A DNA stretch of 64,000 nt, taken from Acidobacteriota bacterium (lineage in GTDB: Bacteria > Acidobacteriota > Blastocatellia > HR10). The position numbers and the translations under genes are program-made. The notes below the pieces were generated by a model, which worked only from the letters and a program-made list of their open reading frames with translations, was not told the DNA's origin and did not search any database. Where the stretch lies: contig JAUQQC010000002.1 in NCBI GenBank assembly GCA_030550025.1, forward strand, positions 262,058 through 326,057, read 5' to 3'. Below, in pieces: positions 1 through 13,794 of the stretch (the first letter of the stretch is position 1; the number at the start of each line of letters is the position of its first letter).

Positions 1-1
1 G

Positions 2-574
2 TACGGCGAGACGTCGGAGCTGCCGCTTCGCGAATCGCAACCGCCCCGCCCGATCTCTCCCTATGCCGTCTCGAAGCTCGCGGGCGAACAGTATTGCGCG
101 GTCTTCACGAAGCTCTACGGGTTGGAGACCGTGAGCCTACGATATTTCAACGTCTTCGGGCCGCGACAAGATCCTCGGTCGGAGTACGCCGCCGTCATCC
201 CGCGTTTCATCCTCGCAGCGCTGCGAGGAGAGCCCTTGGAGATCCACGGGGATGGACTTCAATCGCGGGATTTCACCTATGTGGAGAACGTCGTGGAGGC
301 GAACCTGCGGGCGGCGACGCAGTCGGGCATCGCTGGCGAAGTGTTCAACATCGGGTGCGGACAGCGATATTCTGTGCTTGAGGTGAAAGGCCATTTGGAG
401 CGGATTCTCGGCCGATCGCTTCCGGCGCGCCATACCTCTCCTCGAAAAGGGGACGTCCGCCATACGCAGGCCGATATGAGTAAAGCTGAAGCGATGCTCG
501 GCTATCGGCCACTGGTCTCCTTTGAGGAGGGATTACGTCGGACGGTGGAGTTTTTCGCCAAGTGTTGGCCGTGA
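2..574 (+). CDS. NAD-dependent nucleotide-sugar epimerase/dehydratase (extended SDR), 5'-truncated by window edge
   Basis: Frame from base 2 reads YGETSELP...PISPYAVSKL (YxxxK), then LRYFNVFGPRQDP, GDGLQSRDFTYV, GDVRHT. Confidence 0.92.
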   Translation, partial: YGETSELPLRESQPPRPISPYAVSKLAGEQYCAVFTKLYGLETVSLRYFNVFGPRQDPRSEYAAVIPRFILAALRGEPLEIHGDGLQSRDFTYVENVVEANLRAATQSGIAGEVFNIGCGQRYSVLEVKGHLERILGRSLPARHTSPRKGDVRHTQADMSKAEAMLGYRPLVSFEEGLRRTVEFFAKCWP

Positions 575-592
575 CCGCGCGCACCTTCTCCA

Positions 593-2104
593 ATGCGTTC
601 CTCTCTGGCTGAGAAGGCCATTCTCGGCGCCCTTGCCCTTGCCCTGGGACAAGCGGCGTCGCTCGCCATTCAATTGGCGAGCAGCGTATTCCTGGCGCGG
701 CGATTGAGTCCGGCGGAGTTGGGGACGTTCGCCATCTTCCTGTTCGTCGTCTCGCTCGCACACGTTCTGAGCGAGTTCGGTCAGGGGATCGTGCTCATCC
801 AGCGTCAGACCGCATTGAGAGAAGACGAGTGGCGCACGTCGTTCACCCTTCAGCTCATCGGTGCTGCCGGTTTGTCGCTTTTGCTGCTTACGCTCGCACC
901 CTCTTTGGCGCGCGCGTTCAATCTCGGAGGGGATTTCGTGCGCGCGCTCGCGTGGGGAGTGCCGATGGTGATGATGGCCCCCGTGGAGCGCATCTCCAAT
1001 GCCGCCTTGGAGCGGGGAATGGCCTATGGAGCGATCAGCGCGATCTCGATCGTGGGTGGGTTGCTGTATGCCGGGGTGGCGGTGAGCTTGGCATGGAACG
1101 GGTTCGGTCTCTGGAGCCTAGTTGGGGGGGCGCTCGTCGCCAGCATCGGGCGCATGCTCATGAGCGCGAGCCTGGCGCGCTGGCCCATCGGCATTGGCCT
1201 CGCGCGCGAATCGCTCATCGCGTTGTGGCGAAGTGGGCTTCCGTGCCAACGCGCCGACCTCTTCGGGTTCCTTCGCGAACACACGCCCCCGCTGATCGCG
1301 GGGCTTGTCTTCAGCCCCACGGTCGTGGGATATCTCGTATGGGCCCGGAACCTCACCTATGTGGGGTATCACATCTTCGCCTCCGCCCTCATGCGCGTGG
1401 GGTTCTCGCTCGTGGCCCGGTTATGCGAATCGGAGGAGACGCGCCGGCCATCCATCGGTCGAGTCCTCGAGGGGATGACGTTGGCCCTGATGAGTGTGAT
1501 GATGCTCCTGCTGACGCTGCTTTTGGGCCTGGCCCATCCCGTGATCGCTGTGGTCTACACGGAGAAGTGGATGCCCGCTCTTCCGGCGCTCTATCTCTTC
1601 GGGATCCGCATGGCCGGCAGCGCGGTGCTTGGGCTTCTCGTCTTCTTCGCGAATGGGGCGGGGCAGTTCTCTCTCGCCTCGCGAAGCGTCGTCCTATGGG
1701 CGACGCTTGAGCTGGGGATAGCCTTCGCGCTGGTGCCGTCTTTGGGCTTTTATGGCATTGCGGCGGCTTCCGCGTTTGCCGTGTGGATTCCCACCTTCTG
1801 GCTCGCGCGGCAGGTGCAGGCGCTTTTGTCCGCGCGCGCCGAGCCCGTGCGCTTTGGGGAAGCCATCGGAAAACCAGTGCTCGTCGGCGGAATCATAGGC
1901 GGCGTCCTGCATGAGGTCAGTCCGCACGTCTCCAATCTGGCGGAGCTGAGCGCAGCGGCTGCGCTTGCGACGGCGACCTACGCGCTCGCTCTCTGGGGAT
2001 GGAGCGACACGCTTCGGCAACTCGTTCGGAAGCTGTGGATGCGATGGTGGAATTCGACGAAGGCCTTCTCACCGGCGGTGCCTCGCAACACGTCCATGCG
2101 GTGA
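593..2104 (+). CDS. Wzx-type oligosaccharide flippase (MOP superfamily)
   Basis: 503 aa, many TM segments, LARRLSPAELG and EFGQGIVLIQR motifs typical of PST flippases; polysaccharide cluster context. Confidence 0.85.
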   Translation: MRSSLAEKAILGALALALGQAASLAIQLASSVFLARRLSPAELGTFAIFLFVVSLAHVLSEFGQGIVLIQRQTALREDEWRTSFTLQLIGAAGLSLLLLTLAPSLARAFNLGGDFVRALAWGVPMVMMAPVERISNAALERGMAYGAISAISIVGGLLYAGVAVSLAWNGFGLWSLVGGALVASIGRMLMSASLARWPIGIGLARESLIALWRSGLPCQRADLFGFLREHTPPLIAGLVFSPTVVGYLVWARNLTYVGYHIFASALMRVGFSLVARLCESEETRRPSIGRVLEGMTLALMSVMMLLLTLLLGLAHPVIAVVYTEKWMPALPALYLFGIRMAGSAVLGLLVFFANGAGQFSLASRSVVLWATLELGIAFALVPSLGFYGIAAASAFAVWIPTFWLARQVQALLSARAEPVRFGEAIGKPVLVGGIIGGVLHEVSPHVSNLAELSAAAALATATYALALWGWSDTLRQLVRKLWMRWWNSTKAFSPAVPRNTSMR

Positions 2105-3153
2105 GTGAAGAGCGGCCAGCACATTCAGAGGCCGCGGTGCTCATCACGACATGTCGTCGGCCGGCCTATCTGGAGCGCTGTCTGCGCTCCCTCCTTCGGC
2201 AGACTCATCTCCCGCGCTGCATCGTGGTTGTCGTGCGGGACGACGATGAGGCGTCCATCGCCTTCGTACAGCGCTTTCAAGACGAGGTGCTCGGCGTGCC
2301 GAAAGAGGGACGCGCTCTTTCGAGGGCGCTGGTGGAAATTCAGATGGTGCGCGTCACCCTCCCCGGTCCAGTCTGGGCCTTCAAGCGAGGGCTGGAGGCG
2401 CTGCGCGCGCGAGAAGACGTAAGGCTGGTCTTCATCATAGATGATGATGCGGAGGCGGAACCGGAGTGGATCGAGCGCGGGAGTCGCCATTTCGCCGATC
2501 CGGCGGTGGGGATCGTCGCCGGTCGAATCCTCCCATACAAGAGCGGCCATTTTGTGAACTCGCCTCCGGTGAGACGCGTAGGGGTCCTCACCTGGTATGG
2601 CCGATATATCGGAGGATTTGACCGAGCCGGGGAGGTGCGCGCACCGGTGCCGGTCGCCGGATTCCAAGGAGGCAATGCGATCATCCGGCGAGAAGTCCTC
2701 GAGCGCGTAGGTGTGGATCCCGGCTTCATCGGTTACGGCATTCAGTTCGAGCTGGACATCGCTTTTCAAGTCCGGCGGCTCGGATACCGCATCCTCTTCG
2801 ATCCGGAATGTCGCGTCTATCATTTTGAAGCGCCACGCGCCGCTGACGTGCAAGCGCGCGAAGACCTCGGGCAACTCATCTACACCTACAGCCACAACCA
2901 CACCTATCTCATGTTGAAACATCTCCCACCCCTCGGAAAGCTTGCTTTTCTGCTCTACTTCTTCGTGCGGGGAGAGCGTCGGTCGTTGGGACTATTAACG
3001 GCCCTGTGGGAAGCCCTGCGCGGTCCTCGCCGATCGCTGGGCGAGGCGCTTCGTCTTTCGTTGGCGGGAAAGTGGCGGGGCTTGCAGACCTATTGGCGGT
3101 GGCGCATGGCTAGACGTCACTCCAATGACGGGAGCGCAGCATGTACCGGGTGA
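2101..3153 (+). CDS. Glycosyltransferase family 2
   Basis: AVLITTCRRP..L.RCL.SL, IIDDDA (DxD); probable GTG start at 2101 overlapping the flippase stop. Confidence 0.88.
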   Translation: MSEERPAHSEAAVLITTCRRPAYLERCLRSLLRQTHLPRCIVVVVRDDDEASIAFVQRFQDEVLGVPKEGRALSRALVEIQMVRVTLPGPVWAFKRGLEALRAREDVRLVFIIDDDAEAEPEWIERGSRHFADPAVGIVAGRILPYKSGHFVNSPPVRRVGVLTWYGRYIGGFDRAGEVRAPVPVAGFQGGNAIIRREVLERVGVDPGFIGYGIQFELDIAFQVRRLGYRILFDPECRVYHFEAPRAADVQAREDLGQLIYTYSHNHTYLMLKHLPPLGKLAFLLYFFVRGERRSLGLLTALWEALRGPRRSLGEALRLSLAGKWRGLQTYWRWRMARRHSNDGSAACTG

Positions 3154-4763
3154 CGTCCCATCAGGGCTTCACGATGAGAGCTTCGGCGATGACCTTCGCC
3201 GTCGCCGTGTTCGTGGGATTCGGTTTGGCGCACCTTTTGCTTCAATCCGATTGGCGAACGATGGTCGTCGTCTTCGTCTTCGCTGGTGCCGGGGTGGTGG
3301 GCCTTCAGATTCTGAGAGATTGGCGATTCGGCATCTTGAGCTTCTTCGCTTGGATCGTCGTGGAGGATTTGATCCGCAAGTACCTGGGGAACCGCATCCT
3401 CTTGTACGGGGCGAAAGATGCGTTGATCCTACTGACCTATGTGAGCTTCCTCTTCGCTCGCATGAGGAGTTGGCGTGTCGAGGAATTTCAAAATCCGATT
3501 CGCACGCCCCTTATCGCCTTGGTCGCGCTGGCGGTGGCCGAATGTTTCAATCCGCAGATCGAGCATCCGCTCATCCCGGTCATCGGGATGCGCATGTATT
3601 TCCTCTATATCCCGTTGTTGTATCTCGGCTACGCGTATTTCGACTCCGAAGAACGAGTGCGCCGCTTCCTGCTGTTCGCGCTCATTCTCGGCGGGGGAGT
3701 TGCGGCGCTCGGCGTGCTTCAGGCGCTGGTGGGGTTGGACCTCTTGAACCCAGAGGGGTTCGTCCCCGGACTCCGGTTGGAATTGATTCGCGTGGCTCCG
3801 GAGAGTCAGATGTTCATCCCTCGGCCGACGTCGGTCTTCGTAGATGCTGGGCGGTTCGCGCAATATTTGTTCATCCTGTTCTTCCTCGGGCTGGGGGCGC
3901 TCTCGTATTGGCAAGGGCTGCAACGCGACGAGGAGCGAGCATGGAAGGGAGGGCCAAGACGGGGGATTCGCGTGCTCGCGCGTCGCGCGCTGTCGGCGCA
4001 TCGTCGCCAAGAGCGGATCTTGTGGCTCGCGTTCGTGCTCATTGGGGCTGGGCTCATTGTGAGCGCGCAGCGCGCGGCGCTTCTCCTTGTCGGCGCGGCG
4101 CTCCTCATCCTCGCTCTGAGGGCTGGGCGAGATCGACTCGCCGCGTGGATCGCTCGGTTTCGGAAGCCTTCGTTTCCCATCGGGAGAATTAGTGGAGGGA
4201 TCGCTCTGGTGCTTCTTGGGCTCGCGCTGGTTCGCCCGGAGCGCCTCATCGCCCTCTATCGGTTCTGCGTCGAGACGCTCTCGCCTATCGCCCGGGAGAC
4301 GGAGATGAGCTGGCGCCCCAAGGCCTATTGGCGCGATATTCTCTTCGCCGTGCAGGAATCACGCGTCTTCGGGCATGGCACGGGGACGGCTTCGCTTGGC
4401 CTGCAGTATCTCTACGGCTTGGACTACTTCTATCAAGGGGAGACGGGATCCATCTATCGTGTGGAGGGGGGGTACGCCTCCGTCATCTGGGAGTGGGGGT
4501 GGGTCGGGGCCGCGTTCTGGCTGTGGTGGACGGTGGTTCTGGTTTTCGCTGCTGCGCGTACGGCATGGCGGCTCAATGGATCTCGATTCTTCGGACTCGC
4601 GGCCACACTGGCGCTTTTTCTCGCGCTGTTGCACTTCCCCTATTTCTTCTTGGGGCTGCCCGTGTATCAAAACTACGTGAACAACGCCTACCATTGGTTC
4701 CTGTGCGGTCTGCTCTTTCGGCTGCCGAAGATCGCGGGAGAAGCCGACGCGCATGCGGCGTGA
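3141..4763 (+). CDS. Wzy polymerase / O-antigen ligase-like polytopic membrane protein
   Basis: About 12 TM segments, RPTSVF, SAQRAA, FGHGTG, IWEWGWVG pattern like Wzy_C; cluster context. Confidence 0.7.
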   Translation: MYRVTSHQGFTMRASAMTFAVAVFVGFGLAHLLLQSDWRTMVVVFVFAGAGVVGLQILRDWRFGILSFFAWIVVEDLIRKYLGNRILLYGAKDALILLTYVSFLFARMRSWRVEEFQNPIRTPLIALVALAVAECFNPQIEHPLIPVIGMRMYFLYIPLLYLGYAYFDSEERVRRFLLFALILGGGVAALGVLQALVGLDLLNPEGFVPGLRLELIRVAPESQMFIPRPTSVFVDAGRFAQYLFILFFLGLGALSYWQGLQRDEERAWKGGPRRGIRVLARRALSAHRRQERILWLAFVLIGAGLIVSAQRAALLLVGAALLILALRAGRDRLAAWIARFRKPSFPIGRISGGIALVLLGLALVRPERLIALYRFCVETLSPIARETEMSWRPKAYWRDILFAVQESRVFGHGTGTASLGLQYLYGLDYFYQGETGSIYRVEGGYASVIWEWGWVGAAFWLWWTVVLVFAAARTAWRLNGSRFFGLAATLALFLALLHFPYFFLGLPVYQNYVNNAYHWFLCGLLFRLPKIAGEADAHAA

Positions 4764-4774
4764 GGGGGACGAGG

Positions 4775-5935
4775 GTGGCTGCCTCTCGCATCCTTGTGCT
4801 CGCCACAGATGCGCACACGCGCGGGGGGATTCAGCGGTGCACCCATTTGCTCTGGGAGAGCCTCTGCGAGCTGTTGGGGCCTGAAGCGGTGCGCGTGCGC
4901 TTTCTCTGGAAGAGCGCTTCTCCGCCCGATGTGTGGGAGAAAGGGGCGTTCGCCCTCTCCACGCTCCTTGACGGATGGCGGTTTCGACCGACGGCGATCG
5001 CGTGCACACATGTGGGGATTGCGCGCGTCGCCGCCGTAATGAAGGCGGCTTTCGGCATTCCGTACTTCGTCCTCGCGCACGGCGACGAAGTGTGGGGGGC
5101 GGCCCCTTCGTATGCCCTGCGCGGAGCGGATGCGATCCTCAGCGTCAGTCGGTTCACCGCCGATCGGCTCCTCAGTCGGCATCGCGTACGCGCGGAGAAG
5201 ATTCGGCTCCTTCCGCCTGCGCTCGATCCACGGCTTTTGCATTCGTCCGTTCTCCCGGAGCGCGTGATCGAGCGTCATGGGCTCCACGGCAAACGCGTGC
5301 TGCTGACGGTCGGTCGTCTGACGCGTGCGGGAAGCTATAAAGGCTACGACACCGTGATTTGCGCGCTCGCGCTCATTCGACGCGTCATGCCGGAGGTCGC
5401 CTACGTGATCGTCGGCGAGGGGGACGATCGCCCGCGATTGGAGGAATTGGCGCGCGAGTTGCGGGTGGATACGGCCGTGCATTTCGCCGGCGAGGTGGAC
5501 GACGCGTGGCTGCCGGCGTATTATCGCAGTTGCGATCTGTTCGTGATGCCGAGTCGAGTGCGGCTTGTGGATCCCTGCGAGGGCGAAGGGTTCGGGATCG
5601 TCTATCTCGAAGCGGCAGCTTTTGGCAAACCTGCGATCGCCGGTCGCGAGGGGGGGAGCGCCGAAGCTGTCCTCGATGGCGTGACCGGCGTGCTCGTTGA
5701 TCCCTCTGATCCGGAGGAGATCGCGCGCGCGGCTCTGGAGCTTTTACGGGACGAGGCTTGGCGTCGGCGGCTCGGCGCGCAGGCGCGCGAGCGTGCCTGG
5801 CGCGAGTTCGCGCCCGAACGGTTTCGGCGGAAGCTGGCGGCGATCTTAGGCGAGCTCGGGCTTCTTGATTCCGAGTGGAAGCCCCCCGAGGCGTCAGGCG
5901 AGCATTCACTCGCGCGACGACGATGCGAATTTTGA
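4775..5935 (+). CDS. Glycosyltransferase family 4
   Basis: GGIQR, LLTVGRL..KGYD, EGFGIVYLEAAAFGKP; GTG start at 4775 inferred. Confidence 0.92.
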   Translation: MAASRILVLATDAHTRGGIQRCTHLLWESLCELLGPEAVRVRFLWKSASPPDVWEKGAFALSTLLDGWRFRPTAIACTHVGIARVAAVMKAAFGIPYFVLAHGDEVWGAAPSYALRGADAILSVSRFTADRLLSRHRVRAEKIRLLPPALDPRLLHSSVLPERVIERHGLHGKRVLLTVGRLTRAGSYKGYDTVICALALIRRVMPEVAYVIVGEGDDRPRLEELARELRVDTAVHFAGEVDDAWLPAYYRSCDLFVMPSRVRLVDPCEGEGFGIVYLEAAAFGKPAIAGREGGSAEAVLDGVTGVLVDPSDPEEIARAALELLRDEAWRRRLGAQARERAWREFAPERFRRKLAAILGELGLLDSEWKPPEASGEHSLARRRCEF

Positions 5936-7124
5936 AGGTCACGCGCTGCTTCCCTCCGGCCCTGGCCGGCGGTGGCATGAGTCGAACGGTTTGGCAGATC
6001 GCTCGCGAGTTGGTGCGCCGAGGACATGAGGTGACCGTCTACACTTCGAACGTGTTGGATCCCACGCGTCGGTTGTCGGATCGCACGCTCGTGGTCGAGG
6101 AAGAGGGGATTCGGGTCGTGTACTTCCACACGGTCGTGCGCTACCGATGGGATGGCGTACAACCGGAGGTCTTTCGATACCTGGGTGAGTTGAGACGGTT
6201 CGATCTCCTTCATGTCTATGGCATTCGGGATTTCCTCTCGACCGTCGTATGTAGAGCGGCTCGGCGCTTTGGTCTCCCGTACGTCGTCGAGCCGATGGGG
6301 ATGCTCCTCCCCATTGGTCGAAGCGTGTGGAAGAAGCGGGCGTATGATCGGCTCTTCGGGCGTCGGCTTCTCGGACGGGCGGCGCGTGTGGTCGTGACTT
6401 CAGAGCAAGAGGCTGGAGAGGCCGTCGCCTGGGGCGTTCCTCGGGAGAAGCTCATTGTGCGCCGGAACGGACTCGATCTCTCGGAGTTCGATCCGTTGCC
6501 GCCACGTGGCACATTTCGCGTGCGCTGGGGGATCGGAGACGACGAACGCGTGGTCCTTTATCTGGGACGGCTCGCAGTGAAGAAAAACGTTCCCCTTTTG
6601 ATTGAGGCCTTTGGCGAGGTGCGACCGCCGAACGCCCGACTCCTGATCATCGGGCCGGACGAAGACGATGGGACGCGCCAGGCGATCGAACGCGCGATCG
6701 CTCGGAATCGGCTTGAGAATTCCGTTCGCGTCCTGGATCCGCTGTATGGCCGCGAACGCGTGAGCGCGCTCGTGGATGCCGATGTGTTCGTCCTCCCTTC
6801 GATGCATGAGAATTTCGGCAACGCCGTCGCCGAGGCGCTCGCCTGCGGGACGCCCGTCATCGTGACGACTCGGTGCGGCGTAGCGCCTTTGGTCGAAGGG
6901 CGCGCTGGGCTTGTGGTCGAGCCGGAGAAGGGCGCGCTGAAGGACGCTTTGCAGCGCTTGCTGGAGGACGACGCGCTGCGCCAACGATTCGCCGAGCAAG
7001 CGTTCCGGCTGCGCGAGGAGCTTTCGTGGAGCGAGCCGATCGAGCAGCTGCTGCGCCTCTATACCGAGATCGTCCGCCGGACGCCGAGGGAGCCAGAGGC
7101 GATTTGGGAGGAGGAACACTTTCG

Positions 7125-7146
<22 letters not shown>
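5923..7146 (+). CDS. Glycosyltransferase family 4
   Basis: MRILKV..GGM, LYLGRL..KKN, ENFGNAVAEALACGTPV. Confidence 0.92.
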
Positions 7147-11049
<3,903 letters not shown>

Positions 11050-11053
<4 letters not shown>

Positions 11054-12234
11054 CGACGGTCCCGAACGCTTTGCCGAGGGATCGCCAAGTGAGCCGGGAT
11101 TCGCTGCACATCCTCCTGAATGCGACGCTCGAAGAGCTGCAAGGGAGTGGCGGCGACATCATGGTCTATCGGAACTGGATGCACCTGGGCGACGAACGTC
11201 TCGTCTTCCAAACGCTCCCCTCCTCTTGGAGGCGGCGAGCGCAGGTCTTCTTGCGAAAAGCGTGCGAGAAGCTCGCGCACGTGTGGGAGCCGACGAGCCT
11301 CCGGCGCGCCCTCTTGGTGTCTGCGCGGCTCCTCTATCTCCCTCGCCGCGCTGTGGGCGGAGCCGATCTCATTCTCTCGCACATCTGCTTTCCATTTCCA
11401 CTTCCGCGCATCCCGGTAGTCTGGAGTTCGCAGGGGCTCTCTCCGGCTGCGTACTATGAGCGCTGCGGACCATGGTCGCTCGAGGACGTTCTCTTCCTCT
11501 ATCGCGTTCTCGGTCCCAGAGCGCAGGCTTTGCTGATCGCGACGGCATCCGGAGCACGAAGTCTCCTACAGTGGTGTCCGGAGCTGGAGGAAAAAGTTCA
11601 TGTCGTTCCGGCTCCCGTCCTGGTCCCCTCAACTGCTCCTGATGTCAAGCCTTCGCAGCAGGACGGGGTCGTTCGGTTGCTTTTCGTCGGACTCGATCCC
11701 ACGCTCAAGGGATTACCAGAGTTGCTTCAGGCGTATGTATGGTTGAGGCGAAGACATTCGCACCTTCGGCTTGAGGTCGTGACGCGCGTCTCCAAGAGAT
11801 GGCAGCGGCTTGGGGGGATGGAGGGTTCGCCGAACGCCTTGGGGATTCGGCTTCATCCCCCACTTCCTCATGAACGGGTGTTCGAGCTGATGCGGGAGGC
11901 CGACATTTTCGTGTCGCCCACGCATGCGGATACATATGCTATTGCGGCCGTCGAGGCGATGGCTCATCGGTGTGCCATCGTCATCTCGAACTTCGATCCA
12001 CTGCCCGAGCTATTCCCCAATGCCGAAGTCGGGTTCCTCATCGCACCCGGAGATGTCCGCGGGTTGATCGAGCGGCTCGAAAGCTTGATCGCCAATCTCG
12101 ATCTGCTCCGGCGATTTCAGGAGAACGCGCGAAGTCGGTATCTCGCCGTTCACGATCCGGTGAGGATCCGAAGGAAGTTGGAGGAAGTCTTCGAGCGCGT
12201 GCGAGCCGATGCTCGCCGCAGTTGGCGCTGTTGA
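11050..12234 (+). CDS. Glycosyltransferase family 4
   Basis: LLFVG....KG, ADIFVSPT..DTY....VEAMA GT-B C-terminal motifs. Confidence 0.8.
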
Positions 12235-12377
12235 TTGGCAGGCGGAGAGCGGTTCGGTCCTCTTCCGGAATGGGGCATGCGATCCCCATGAGGGAGAGAT
12301 CCGGCACATGCCCGATTGCCGGTGCTTCGACGGTGTGCTACCCTTCAACCCACTTTGACTGAGGAGGAAGCGCGAAT

Positions 12378-13391
12378 ATGCGATGCTTGGTCACAGGAGG
12401 AGCGGGGTTCATCGGTTCTCATCTGGCTGAAGAGCTGTTGCGTGCAGGCCATGCGGTGACCGTCGTGGATGATCTCTCGACCGGGAGCATCGAGAACATC
12501 GAGCCATTGACGTCGGAGGTCCGGTTTCGATACGTCATCGACACGATCTTGAATCGTCGGCTCATGGCGGAGCTGGTGGATTGGGCAGACATCATCTTTC
12601 ATCTGGCGGCGGTGGTGGGGGTGAAGCTGGTCGTCGAAGATCCCGTTCGGGCGATCCGGACGAACGTGCGCGCGACGGAGATCATCTTGGAGCTGGCCGC
12701 GCCGAAAAGAAAAAAGGTGGTCTTCACCTCGACGAGCGAGGTGTACGGTAAGACTTCACGAGTGCCATTTCGGGAGGATGATGATTTGGTCTTAGGGGCA
12801 CCCTGGCGTTCCCGGTGGGGGTACGCCTGCTCGAAAGCCCTGGGGGAATTTCTCGCCTTGGCGTATTGGCGGGAGTATGGGGTGCCGGTTGTGATCGCGC
12901 GCTTGTTCAACACGGTTGGACCGCGGCAGACGAACCGCTATGGAATGGTCATCCCGACGTTCGTCTGCCAAGCACTGCGAGGGGAGCCGATCACCGTGTA
13001 TGGGGATGGGCAGCAGACGCGGAGCTTCTGCTGGGTGGGGGATACGGTGAGGGCGCTCGTGGCCTTGGCCGAACATCCGGGCGCCGTGGGCCAAATCTTC
13101 AACGTCGGCAGCGATGAGGAAGTACGAATCGTGGACGTCGCCCATCAAGTGAAGGCTTTGACCGGAAGCGTTTCCCCCATCGTCTTCATCCCTTATGACC
13201 GTGCCTACGGCGATGACTTTGAGGATATGCGACGGCGCGTGCCCGATCTGACGAAGATTCGGGCCCTGATCGGATATCGGCCGACGGTTCGATTGGAGGA
13301 GATCTTAAGGCAGGTGATCCTGTATTATCGCTCGTCCGAGTGCCAGTCGAAGCTAGACTCTCCAACGGCGATGTCTTTCTCGGGCTTCTGA
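12378..13391 (+). CDS. NAD-dependent nucleotide-sugar epimerase/dehydratase (UDP-glucose 4-epimerase / UDP-GlcA decarboxylase-like)
   Basis: GGAGFIGS, STSEVYGK, RWGYACSK, RLFNTVGPRQ; GGAGG-type SD upstream. Confidence 0.92.
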   Translation: MRCLVTGGAGFIGSHLAEELLRAGHAVTVVDDLSTGSIENIEPLTSEVRFRYVIDTILNRRLMAELVDWADIIFHLAAVVGVKLVVEDPVRAIRTNVRATEIILELAAPKRKKVVFTSTSEVYGKTSRVPFREDDDLVLGAPWRSRWGYACSKALGEFLALAYWREYGVPVVIARLFNTVGPRQTNRYGMVIPTFVCQALRGEPITVYGDGQQTRSFCWVGDTVRALVALAEHPGAVGQIFNVGSDEEVRIVDVAHQVKALTGSVSPIVFIPYDRAYGDDFEDMRRRVPDLTKIRALIGYRPTVRLEEILRQVILYYRSSECQSKLDSPTAMSFSGF

Positions 13392-13674
13392 AGGCCTTTT
13401 GGCCTGACGCTTCCACGTATAGAGCACATTCCACGGGAAATTGGGGCGTGTGGGAGATTGGCCCATTCTTTGGAGGCATTGGGGGAGAAGTGTCGGGTAC
13501 CGTATAATCTGGGGCGAAGAGAGCAGGAGTTTGGGCGTCGTGTGGTGGAGGTTGTGGGGCTGCATGAATCAGGCGATGCGGAGGAAGCCGGTCCGGATCG
13601 AGCAATGCCGAGCGGCGGGACGATCGAAGCGGCATTTTATGCCTTTTGAGTATTCGCGATAACGGGAGTGCCAC

Positions 13675-13771
13675 ATGGTGGTGCAACTGCGGGAAGCGAC
13701 CCTGCAATGTGGCGGAATATCACCGCATGGTCCAGGTGGGCTTCTTTCATGAGGATGACCGGATCGAACTT
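13675..13771 (+). pseudogene. N-terminal remnant of a Uma2 (DUF820) endonuclease-like gene, frameshifted and truncated
   Basis: GGGAG SD, ATG GTG GTG CAA CTG CGG, one extra G, then KRPCNVAEYHRMVQVGFFHEDDRIEL, matching the typical Uma2 N-terminus (F.V.EYHRM...G......RVEL); homology stops just before glmS. Confidence 0.7.
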
Positions 13772-13794
13772 AGGTGTGGGGATGGAAGAGAGCG

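Noticed and set aside
13400..13794. Possible glmS ribozyme upstream of glmS
   Set aside because: No AGCGCC/GACGAGG core motifs; the region holds a Uma2 remnant instead
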